Shown here: piece by piece, positions 16,283 through 24,928 of the stretch
Position numbering within the stretch: position 1 is the first letter of the stretch
Layout: each line of letters begins with the position of its first letter
The notes under the pieces: generated by a model
What the model was told of the DNA's origin: nothing
Databases searched by the model: none
The model's input: the letters and a program-made list of their open reading frames with translations, nothing else
From: Candidatus Saccharimonas aalborgensis
GTDB taxonomy: Bacteria > Patescibacteriota > Saccharimonadia > Saccharimonadales > Saccharimonadaceae
DNA: 32,000 nt
Direction of reading: 5' to 3'
Assembly: GCF_000392435.1 (NCBI RefSeq)
Contig: NC_021219.1
Location: forward strand, 510,001 to 542,000
Program-made: the position numbers and the translations under genes

Positions 16283-17653
16283 CTACTTTTTCCTATACCA
16301 GGTGAAACCATCTTTTGTCAAACTTTCGCGACCCGCCATTGGTGCCCTTTCACAGAGTGAGGCAGAAGCAATTTTACTGTCGAACCCACTTATAGTCCCG
16401 ACGTAAATAAATGTATGACCACTTGAAATTGCAACATCACCCGGCTTTAGCGTGGCGGTATCGATAGACGAAGCGGTTCCGAGGTTTTGCCAGTGGGCGT
16501 CGAGCCAATTCTTTTGAGTATCGGTTGGACCAGCACCATCAGACAACTTCCCATTATAGTTATAACTTGTGTCCCAACCGCTATCGATAACGAGCCTTGT
16601 TACAAACGCCCCGCAATCAACAGCTACTCCATCAACCACATCTCCCCTCTTGGCACAAAAATCCACCGTTGCTCCAATATACATACCTATTTTTTGTGCC
16701 TTGTCAGCAGCAGTGGCATACTCTGGTTTGCGAGTGGTGTAGGGGGGTGTGTGATATTGGGGCCAAGCGTACGCGAGCGTTGCGGCAGAGAGATCACCGG
16801 GGGTAATAGGTGAGTCAGGAGAGCAGGTACCGGTTGACTGAGTAGTTGTACCTCCGGTTGTCGTACTTGCTCCTGCCGATGGAGTAGTTCCTTTGAGTTC
16901 GTCATATATTTTTTGACCATTATCGGCACGCTTTTGAGCATGAGCTGGACTTTGGTCCAATGGTCGTTCAAAGCTATAAAGCCAAACATCAGAGGCTGCC
17001 TTTATACTTGACGCCGCCTTGATAGAGTCCCACTCACTTGCGCCACTAACGCCATACCCAGAACGAACCGTTCGTGTCGTGCTTTCTTGGTAGAGAAAAT
17101 CGAGCTCAACGGCAAGAATCTTATCATTGTCCTCAACTGATATACCTTCGGGAACATACCCATTTGCTTTGGAGGTTGCTCCACCGTACTGTTTATTAAA
17201 ATACTTTGCCATAATGTCGGGGTATTTGGAGGTAAGTGCGTCGACAATCGCGGTTCTGCGCGGCCCCGTCCACTGAACGATCCCATAACCGCCCTTAGTA
17301 AAATCATTTATGTAAGTACCCTCTTGGCGAAATGGGCTAAAACCACTCTCTTGTTGAATATTTCCCAAAATACCGGCAGCCTGTTGGTCACTTAGGCCCT
17401 TTGAAATAAAGTAATTCCACATTTTTGCTACGTTACCACTACCGGAAACTTGGCTACCAGAGCTTGAGCTGCTACATGACGTGTTACCACCCTTTTGATA
17501 GATAAAAATGTTGTTTGTTGAGTAATCTGCCTCACTTAACGCCGAGACAGGTACACCAGAGACGGTGATAAGCAAACTAAGGAATAGTGTTCGAAGCCAA
17601 ACACCGGCGCGAAACAACACAGAGGTTTTAGTAGGGACTCTTTGGTAGTGCAT
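16283..17653 (-). CDS. Secreted peptidoglycan hydrolase with a phage-tail-lysozyme-like domain and a C-terminal NlpC/P60- or CHAP-like region (VirB1-like candidate)
   Basis: Signal-like N-terminus. NVAKMWNYFISKGLSDQQAAGILGNIQQESGFSPFRQEG is lysozyme-like. C-terminal VDCGAFVTRLVIDSGWD...KPGDVAISSGHTFIYVG is a cysteine peptidase-type Cys/His arrangement. Confidence 0.8.
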   Translation of the reverse strand: MHYQRVPTKTSVLFRAGVWLRTLFLSLLITVSGVPVSALSEADYSTNNIFIYQKGGNTSCSSSSSGSQVSGSGNVAKMWNYFISKGLSDQQAAGILGNIQQESGFSPFRQEGTYINDFTKGGYGIVQWTGPRRTAIVDALTSKYPDIMAKYFNKQYGGATSKANGYVPEGISVEDNDKILAVELDFLYQESTTRTVRSGYGVSGASEWDSIKAASSIKAASDVWLYSFERPLDQSPAHAQKRADNGQKIYDELKGTTPSAGASTTTGGTTTQSTGTCSPDSPITPGDLSAATLAYAWPQYHTPPYTTRKPEYATAADKAQKIGMYIGATVDFCAKRGDVVDGVAVDCGAFVTRLVIDSGWDTSYNYNGKLSDGAGPTDTQKNWLDAHWQNLGTASSIDTATLKPGDVAISSGHTFIYVGTISGFDSKIASASLCERAPMAGRESLTKDGFTWYRKK

Positions 17654-18035
17654 CGAGCACCTCCTGTGGTATTTTTTTCCGTTGCTCAGAGGATAATTTA
17701 AACGGATTGTATGAAGTAAACCCTCTTTCGTTTGGCTGTTTATCCTCTAGGAGACGATATATCTCGTAGGGTTCATCGGGTTGACTAGATTTGTAGGTGA
17801 CGATATACCATCCGTTTTGAAATGGTTCGACAGACACAACCCTCCAATCCTCAAAACGCTCAGAAATAAAGGGCCTGAGTCCCTGCACAAACTCCGCGTC
17901 AGTATAGGGGGGGAGCTTACCTAAAATACTCTCACGATCTACAGCCGACTTTGAGGAAAAATATACTCCTACTAACACTGAAATTACAAGAATACACACC
18001 AAACCAGTCGCAATAATAACTACTCGTCGATTCAT
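17628..18035 (-). CDS. Hypothetical small membrane-anchored protein
   Basis: 135 aa. N-terminal VVIIATGLVCILVISVLVGVYF TM helix. Overlaps the downstream ORF by 26 nt and abuts the upstream one. Confidence 0.65.
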   Translation of the reverse strand: MNRRVVIIATGLVCILVISVLVGVYFSSKSAVDRESILGKLPPYTDAEFVQGLRPFISERFEDWRVVSVEPFQNGWYIVTYKSSQPDEPYEIYRLLEDKQPNERGFTSYNPFKLSSEQRKKIPQEVLDALPKSPY

Positions 18036-21000
18036 CTAGGTGCCTCTCCTAAAATCACTCAGTAGCGACGTTATATTTGTTGTTTTTACCGATGTCCAGC
18101 CGAGCGTGTTTGGATCAACCCACCCCTTGTAAGTTTGTCCCCAGTTATTCTCAACAAACGAAGCATCGCGCACATGGCCGTCATTGAGAACCTTGTTATT
18201 GCCAAGGTAGATGACGACATGTCCGCAACTACTTTTTGTGTAGAGGAGTATAGCGCCCTTTGGAGGGTTTCGATCAGTGTGCTGCTTGTCGGGGTTTTGA
18301 TTCCAAAGATCTATCGCACATGCGTAACCGTAGCGGGTTGCTGTTCCATGCCAGATATAGGATGTAACTCGCGCACATTGGCCAGCTCCCTCTAGGGTAT
18401 CTCCCACAGCCTGTTCACTCGCCATTGCGTTATAATAGACGTTGTCAAAACCGACCACTTGGCCATTATCGGTGAATTTTCCAGTACCAGCACCAATTGC
18501 AGTTGACGTGGACTGGCTCGTTGCCGCACTCGTAGTATCGGTTGCAAGCGGCTTAATGCCCGTCTCCATGCCGTCGACGACTGATTGGTCAATCAAATAT
18601 AACCTGAACATTTTCACCATTGTCGTGGCATTTTTTTGCTCATCATAGCATTCGGCAGGAAGTCGCTTCTCATCAGGCACAACTGTGCTGATTGCTTTTT
18701 CGTTTGCACCATCAATACATGTCTTCTTGAATGTATCAAACGCCGAACCAGCAACGGGATTACCGTCATTGTCGACATAGTTATTGTCTTTCATAAAGGT
18801 CGCTACAGACTCTGGCGAGGTGTTTTCTAGCATATTTACGTCATTGAAACCATAGATGACATTACAATAGGGGTCAGTAGCGAGACCCTTTTCTTTTACA
18901 TCAGGATCATCGCATTCATCCATTAACTTCTCCCTATCTGATATGTCTGCCATAGCGGTATCAAGTTGAACGCCGCCAGACCATGAAAAGAGCGACGTTG
19001 GCAAGTGACCGATAAGCTGTGGGTACTTAATAATATTGAACTTCGAAAAGAAATTACTGAGCGAGCTTGCGACTACACTTCCCGTAGAATAGGGGTTGTT
19101 AAAATCAAAGGTACCAGCAGCGGTGTTTTGATCTACAGAGTACTGAGCGATGTATGACTCGTTATAGCCGGCAAATGCAAGGTAACTTTTTCTGCTGAGT
19201 GGAGTGAGGGCCCGTGAAAGTGCGATACCGCCCGCAGCGGCACCCGCACCCATGGCGAGAGTATCAAAGGCAGCAACACCATTTTCCTCACCGGTAATGA
19301 CGGTGCCCGTGGCCAAGTGAGCAATATACGGAACGAAATATCGCTCGATGATGTAGCCAATGAGGAAAGATCCGACAAGTGAGGCGGCAAACTTGACAAG
19401 TTGCTTGCCCGCGTCTTTCAAGGTAGATTTGATGGCATCTTTGGCTAATTTTTCTGTAATTCTTTTGACGACCTGCTCGACGATCTTATTTATGAGTACC
19501 TTTGCACTCCCTCTTGCGGCAGCCATTGCGCCTTCTACTGCGACATTGCCCGTTCCTAGCGTTGTGATAGCAAGTATTACCTGGATAATAACCGATAAAA
19601 GAGCGGTCATGAATTGAAAGGCACCAGTAGTGGCAACATTACACATATCATTAAAACCGAGACTCTTCCCCGTTCCAGGCATTGTAAATGATAACTTATT
19701 CATGAAAAGAAGATACGCTACGAGAGCTGATAAAATGGCACCACCCGTAATGCCTGTTTGGATAGGCGTGTTAGTTGGCTTATCATACGCGCTCCAACTA
19801 TACGCAGTCGAATCCCCGAAATTATCTCCGTTTGCATCTGGTCTCTGCAGGATTTCCATCGGTATAGACACATCACTCGTTGCCGCATCCCCCGCCATTA
19901 CCATTTCGCCAGACGAAATAATTTGCGTTGCCCAACGCATTGCTACAGCGATACCCGCAAATTTAGCGAGATCAACAATAATCTTTGCATATTGATGCCC
20001 TTGGCACATCTCAGTAACAATTGCCGCAGGATTTAATGCACCGTTAATACCCTCCCATACCTTTGATCCAAGCTTTTTTTCGTAGGGTGCATGGTTCATT
20101 ATCTCTCCCATATCGCTTGGAGTACCTGCTGGATGACCATTTTCCAGGTCAGTCTTTAGGGTCTGTTTTTCTTCTTCTACGGCATCACTAAAGTCACCCC
20201 CATTTTGCCCCTGAGTGAGATCCTCGCCACCAGTTTCGGCTTCAGCTAGATTTTTTGATACTTCTTTGGCGCGAGTTTTTGGATCATCATCTTCACTTGT
20301 GGTTGTCCACTTCGGGTCACGTATAAGGCGCTTATCCTTGAAAAATGTGCTCGCAACCTTGTCTCGCCAGACGGCGGCCCGCGATGGATATACCCCCCGC
20401 ATAGTTTCTCTAAAGGTAGTATCGTTTGCAAGCTTGGTGCGAAAGTCTTTAGCACTAATTCGCTCCTGGACAAACTTACCATCATCCTTCATAGTCGATA
20501 ACCATTTCACACCAGAGTAACGCCCATCTTTATCTGGATTTACATAGTTACCATCCTTATCAATGAGTGAATAGCCAGCCTCATTTAATTTCCTTGCTTG
20601 ATCTTCACTCATAGAGCTATAGCGGCAAAACATCTTAATTCCCTGACTACACTTACCAGCCGTTGCGGTGTCGGTACCGCCAAAGATTCGGGATAGTAAT
20701 AAGCCATGAGAACGTGGCTCCTGTACCGAAGACATCGTGTCTACTTTGTCTTTTATGATCTGAACCGCATGCATAAGTCCCACGGGGCCGAGTGAAAAGA
20801 AGCCGCCTACACCCACAGCGCCAGCGAGAACGCCGAGAGGACCTTTCTTTTTGAGGAAATCAAAAACCTTTGCTTTTGTTGAGCCACCACCAGGCTTTGT
20901 GGGCTTGGTGACGTTATTGAGATAGTTGGCACTTGGGTTTTGCTCAGCAGCTCGGGCAATGTCAGTAGGATTATCTGCATTTGCAATAGCAGAGGAATTA

Positions 21001-21119
21001 CTCTCTGACTTCGTTGGTTCACCGTTAGATAATTGCTCTTTCTCTTTTAGGCTGCGAGCAGCAGGGCTAAAGTCATAGGCTTTATCAATTTCATCTTCAC
21101 GTTTTAGGGATGACGGCAT
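18036..21119 (-). CDS. Large multi-span membrane protein with C-terminal CHAP amidase/peptidase domain
   Basis: 1027 aa. Several hydrophobic segments (ITGGAILSALVAYLLFM, FQFMTALLSVIIQVILAITTL, FAASLVGSFLIGYIIE). C-terminal GQCARVTSYIWHG...NPPKGAILLYTKSSCGHVVIYLGN, with CHAP Cys and His. Confidence 0.8.
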   Translation of the reverse strand: MPSSLKREDEIDKAYDFSPAARSLKEKEQLSNGEPTKSESNSSAIANADNPTDIARAAEQNPSANYLNNVTKPTKPGGGSTKAKVFDFLKKKGPLGVLAGAVGVGGFFSLGPVGLMHAVQIIKDKVDTMSSVQEPRSHGLLLSRIFGGTDTATAGKCSQGIKMFCRYSSMSEDQARKLNEAGYSLIDKDGNYVNPDKDGRYSGVKWLSTMKDDGKFVQERISAKDFRTKLANDTTFRETMRGVYPSRAAVWRDKVASTFFKDKRLIRDPKWTTTSEDDDPKTRAKEVSKNLAEAETGGEDLTQGQNGGDFSDAVEEEKQTLKTDLENGHPAGTPSDMGEIMNHAPYEKKLGSKVWEGINGALNPAAIVTEMCQGHQYAKIIVDLAKFAGIAVAMRWATQIISSGEMVMAGDAATSDVSIPMEILQRPDANGDNFGDSTAYSWSAYDKPTNTPIQTGITGGAILSALVAYLLFMNKLSFTMPGTGKSLGFNDMCNVATTGAFQFMTALLSVIIQVILAITTLGTGNVAVEGAMAAARGSAKVLINKIVEQVVKRITEKLAKDAIKSTLKDAGKQLVKFAASLVGSFLIGYIIERYFVPYIAHLATGTVITGEENGVAAFDTLAMGAGAAAGGIALSRALTPLSRKSYLAFAGYNESYIAQYSVDQNTAAGTFDFNNPYSTGSVVASSLSNFFSKFNIIKYPQLIGHLPTSLFSWSGGVQLDTAMADISDREKLMDECDDPDVKEKGLATDPYCNVIYGFNDVNMLENTSPESVATFMKDNNYVDNDGNPVAGSAFDTFKKTCIDGANEKAISTVVPDEKRLPAECYDEQKNATTMVKMFRLYLIDQSVVDGMETGIKPLATDTTSAATSQSTSTAIGAGTGKFTDNGQVVGFDNVYYNAMASEQAVGDTLEGAGQCARVTSYIWHGTATRYGYACAIDLWNQNPDKQHTDRNPPKGAILLYTKSSCGHVVIYLGNNKVLNDGHVRDASFVENNWGQTYKGWVDPNTLGWTSVKTTNITSLLSDFRRGT

Positions 21120-21145
21120 AGTATTAGTATATCCCCTTTATACAA

Positions 21146-22981
21146 CTATTGATTCCCTATCGCGGTTTGTTGTTGCAAAAGTGCACCAGGATTTGTAGTA
21201 ATGAGTTTCTGCTCGGTCTGACTGGCAATAATCTGTATATGGACATGGTTTTGACCCGCAAAGAAGAGACCTTGACCTACTGGGAAGTTTGAGAGTCGTT
21301 TGCGTTCTTCATCTGTTAATTTAAATACATCAGATAGCACATCGACAGCGCTGGTCGACTGTTTGAGGAGGAGCTGGAGAGAAGAGTTGGCGACAATCGC
21401 ACGCCCCATTTTGCTTCCCATGAAGTCTTCGACATCCTGGGTGATTGTAGTGAGACCAAGATAGTATTTGCGAGCACGCTTGGCGAGGCTAAAGAGGAAA
21501 TTGGCTGAGTCGTCATATTTCATAAGCTGCCAGGCTTCATCGACGATGAGCATACGCTTTTTTTGGATCGTGCGGGTGATGTTCCAGATATGGCTCAGTA
21601 CGATATACATTGCGACCGGTCGCAACTCGTCCTCGAGATCACGAATATTGAACACAACCATACTGTTATTGATATCAATATTTGATTGCTGAGAGAATAT
21701 ACCAGCAAATGTTCCGCTGGTGTATTTGCGTAGGCGCTGAGCGAGCTGAGGTCCGGTGCCCCCCATATGAAGGAGTGTATCGTAGAGATCACCGATCGTT
21801 GGCGGGGTAGAGTTATGGGTTAGTGGGTCACTGGTGATACCGGCGCGTGCATAGGTATCGATTAACCCCTGATCCAAGTCAGCTTCTTCGGCAGGAGTAA
21901 GCATGCCGATCGCCTGTCCGTTCACCACCGAGCCACCAAGCATGAGCCTGAAGAGGCCGTGTAGTGTGACGAGGTTCGCTCGGAGGGCGTCATCTGCCTC
22001 GTCGGTATCAATTACTTTTGGCAGGTCAAACGGATTGACGCGCGTATCGCTATTGAGGCTAAGTCGTATATAACTGCCGCCAACGGCATCACATAACTTT
22101 TGGTACTCGTTTTCAGGGTCGATAATGAGAATGTCCGCCCCCATCATCATAGTGCGTATTGCCTCGAGTTTGACGGTAAATGACTTACCTGCTCCAGACT
22201 TTGCGAAGACGACCATATTGGCATTTTCGAGCGAGTAGCGGTCAAAGATGACGAGGCCATTATTGTGCATATTTACCCCGTAAAGGACGCCTTTTTCTTG
22301 TGTCAGATCGGCACTTGTAAATGGAAAACTGGTTGATATCGCGCCCGTATTCATATTGCGGCGAATTTGTAGTTGGTCGGACATTTGAGGAATGGTGCTA
22401 TTGAGGCCCTGTTCTTGTTGGCTACCAGCTACCTTACTGTAGACTAGTTGTTGACCAAATAACGTTTCGATATTGTGCTGGATAAACCCGAGTTCTTCGA
22501 GGCTGTCGGCATAGAGTGTGACATACAGTCCAAAGCGGAAAAAGCGTTCAGCGCCAACCTGTAGCTGATCGCGCAATTCTTCGGCATCATTTAGTGCCGC
22601 CTCGCGCCCAGGGTCGCGCGTAAGTCCCTTTTCGGCGTTGATAGACATATCGGCTTCGAGCTGCGTTACTTTCTTGCGAAGATTATTGAGGACTACCTGT
22701 GTATCAACCGGGTAAATAAACATACTTATATCGATTACTTGGTCGATATTTATGAGCGAACTGAGCCAGCCCGTGTATAGTTCGCGGGGGTATCCGTAGA
22801 CATACATCGTTCGACCATACTTCGTTCCGACACGGAAATAACCTGAGTGAATCTCGAGACTACTTGGGGCGATGAGGTCTCGAAGTGTGGTCATACCCTT
22901 GAGAAAGGCTTGTTCGACCTCTACCTGCTCTCGCTCGCGTTGTTGAGCAGCAATATCAATAGGATCAAGCTTCTTTGCCAC
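21146..22981 (-). CDS. virB4: VirB4-family T4SS ATPase (GTG start at 22981)
   Basis: 611 aa. VVFAKSGAGKSFTVKLEAIRTMMMGADILIIDPENEYQKL (Walker A), RMLIVDEAWQLMKYDDSANFLFSLAKRARKYYLGLTTITQDVEDF (Walker B). Confidence 0.93.
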   Translation of the reverse strand: MAKKLDPIDIAAQQREREQVEVEQAFLKGMTTLRDLIAPSSLEIHSGYFRVGTKYGRTMYVYGYPRELYTGWLSSLINIDQVIDISMFIYPVDTQVVLNNLRKKVTQLEADMSINAEKGLTRDPGREAALNDAEELRDQLQVGAERFFRFGLYVTLYADSLEELGFIQHNIETLFGQQLVYSKVAGSQQEQGLNSTIPQMSDQLQIRRNMNTGAISTSFPFTSADLTQEKGVLYGVNMHNNGLVIFDRYSLENANMVVFAKSGAGKSFTVKLEAIRTMMMGADILIIDPENEYQKLCDAVGGSYIRLSLNSDTRVNPFDLPKVIDTDEADDALRANLVTLHGLFRLMLGGSVVNGQAIGMLTPAEEADLDQGLIDTYARAGITSDPLTHNSTPPTIGDLYDTLLHMGGTGPQLAQRLRKYTSGTFAGIFSQQSNIDINNSMVVFNIRDLEDELRPVAMYIVLSHIWNITRTIQKKRMLIVDEAWQLMKYDDSANFLFSLAKRARKYYLGLTTITQDVEDFMGSKMGRAIVANSSLQLLLKQSTSAVDVLSDVFKLTDEERKRLSNFPVGQGLFFAGQNHVHIQIIASQTEQKLITTNPGALLQQQTAIGNQ

Positions 22982-23859
22982 TAGATGATCCCCCCTGTTT
23001 GGGTCGGTGTGGGGAGTGTGCCGCCCTTACGGACATACGTTGCAGTAACGTTAGTAAAGTCGCCGAGCGGCTCACGCACGGCAGTATCGGGGTTATATAC
23101 GTTATAATACAACTCACCTAATTCTTTGGTTTTGAGTTGAACTGCGGTTATCCCCACTTGCATGAGGCCATTGATAACCGCATCGACGCGATTTTTTATC
23201 TCATCCTTTGCTTTTTCGTAGGTTGCTTTGTCGATTTTTACTACAGAACTTGATTGATTGGCCGAGGGGATAATTTTTCCAAAGAACCCCTTGCCCTTTT
23301 CGACAACGTTGCTGAGATCTCCAGCGGGTGAGAACGGGACAATTACAAAAAAGCTTTTATCCATAATATTTGCCTCTTGTGCTAGCACATCGATAAATTG
23401 GACATAATCGTCCATGAGGACATTGAGGAGCATATTTTCCTGAGTGCGGCGAATTCCCTCTAGCTTATCGAGGTAGGGACCAATGTCGACGCGCTGTGAA
23501 CGGATAAATATTTGGATGGGAAAATACAGTGCATTGAGAAAGTTCTGATAACTAAACTCAACCCCCTCTCGTTCGCGCGAGCTCATGAGATCAAAATTAA
23601 TCGACTTACAGGCGATAACTGCCCGGAAACTTCCGTCGGCCATGATGATCATATTTTCACGAATCTCAGATAGTAGCAGACTATTCTGGGTGCTGACCGG
23701 ACGTTTTGGCTGCTGGCCAGGGGTTTTTTGATTTGACTGCGGAAGCTGTGGAGCAACTGGGGGCTGAAATTGTTGCTGAGAAGCATCAACAACACCAATA
23801 TTCGGTGCTGCTTGCTGGGGTTGAACTGGACTTTGTTGGTTGTTTGGTGGCACTCCCAC
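22981..23859 (-). CDS. TraC/VirB4 N-terminal-domain-like protein with Pro/Gln-rich N-terminus
   Basis: 292 aa. N-terminal QQSPVQPQQAAPN..., then ENMIIMADGSFRAVIACKSINFDLMSSREREGVEFSYQNFLNALYFPIQIFIRSQRVDI. Overlaps virB4 by 1 nt (TAGTG). Confidence 0.7.
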   Translation of the reverse strand: MGVPPNNQQSPVQPQQAAPNIGVVDASQQQFQPPVAPQLPQSNQKTPGQQPKRPVSTQNSLLLSEIRENMIIMADGSFRAVIACKSINFDLMSSREREGVEFSYQNFLNALYFPIQIFIRSQRVDIGPYLDKLEGIRRTQENMLLNVLMDDYVQFIDVLAQEANIMDKSFFVIVPFSPAGDLSNVVEKGKGFFGKIIPSANQSSSVVKIDKATYEKAKDEIKNRVDAVINGLMQVGITAVQLKTKELGELYYNVYNPDTAVREPLGDFTNVTATYVRKGGTLPTPTQTGGII

Positions 23860-23882
23860 TCCCTTTATGCCAAGCTATCTAT

Positions 23883-24920
23883 CTAGTGCAGCGAGATGAC
23901 AACTTCTTGTTCGTCGTCACGCTTTTTCTTGCGACGTTCAGCCTCGTGAGCAATCGTCTCGATAGATAAATCGGTGTTATTTGCAAGATTAATTATATCA
24001 GGATCGACCCCGTTTCCGCTAGTGGTTGGAGTAGTATTTGTTTCGGGATTTACTATAGGAACTTGCGGCTGAACTGGTACCTGAGGCGGTACGGTTGGAG
24101 GCGGAGGTGACTGGGCGACGAGGGGCTGGATAACACTTTGATGAATATTAGAGGGATAAGGACTTGCCTGGTGGAGAGCCGCCAGATCACTCGCCGTTAC
24201 GGCTGCTGCCTGCGCAGGAGCAATTGTCAATGAGGCGTATGGGTCAGCGACGGGTGGGGTCGGGGGTGACACCTGTGTTTGCACAGAAGGTGTTACTTGT
24301 GTGGCTACATTTGAAGGCACAGTTTGAGGCGCGCGCATATGTTCGACAACTTCTTGACGACGACGAGCGTCGGACTGAGAGATCATAGTATCAATCGACT
24401 GCGCGATACCTCCTTGAGTATCCATGATATCGACAGTTTGCTGCGCCTCAAGAAACACATCGCTCACCATATTGCTGCCACTACCAGGTGTTGCCGCATG
24501 ACGAATGGCCCACCCCTCAGTATCAGCAATATTCGCGAGGTACGAGAGCCGACGTTCTGCTTCTGTCTGCGATAGGTCCTTGGTGCGCTGGACCTCAACA
24601 ACCTTTGGTGCAGTAATCTCTACGAGTGATTCTATACCATCGGGTATCCAGAGGCGTCTGCGCGGCTTGAGATAGTACGACAACAGTGCTGCCATGTATA
24701 TCTCCATCGGCTGGTCTTTGCGCAGTGGCAAAGCAAGTGCACCAAAAAAGACGATGATCGGTAGCGGAATAATCGCCAGAGGGACAAATAATTGCGCGAG
24801 TCCCCAGGCGAGGGTAATACTTATAGCAACAATGATGAGGTAGATAAATTGGCGAAAACTAAAGGGACCAATGAGTTTATCGTCTGCTTCAACATCTTGA
24901 GCTACTTTATAGACGGCCAT
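23883..24920 (-). CDS. PrgI family (VirB3-like) protein with long disordered C-terminal extension
   Basis: 345 aa. First ~95 aa KVAQDVEADDKLIGPFSFRQFIYLIIVAISITLAW...LKPRRRLWIPDG are PrgI-like; the remainder is Pro/Gln/Thr-rich. Confidence 0.8.
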   Translation of the reverse strand: MAVYKVAQDVEADDKLIGPFSFRQFIYLIIVAISITLAWGLAQLFVPLAIIPLPIIVFFGALALPLRKDQPMEIYMAALLSYYLKPRRRLWIPDGIESLVEITAPKVVEVQRTKDLSQTEAERRLSYLANIADTEGWAIRHAATPGSGSNMVSDVFLEAQQTVDIMDTQGGIAQSIDTMISQSDARRRQEVVEHMRAPQTVPSNVATQVTPSVQTQVSPPTPPVADPYASLTIAPAQAAAVTASDLAALHQASPYPSNIHQSVIQPLVAQSPPPPTVPPQVPVQPQVPIVNPETNTTPTTSGNGVDPDIINLANNTDLSIETIAHEAERRKKKRDDEQEVVISLH

Positions 24921-24928
24921 ACAAACTC

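Noticed and set aside
19630-19995. 121-aa plus-strand ORF (also 19758-20036 and other short ORFs over 18000-31000)
   Set aside because: Antisense to long, domain-supported minus-strand genes; no independent promoter, SD or domain evidence.
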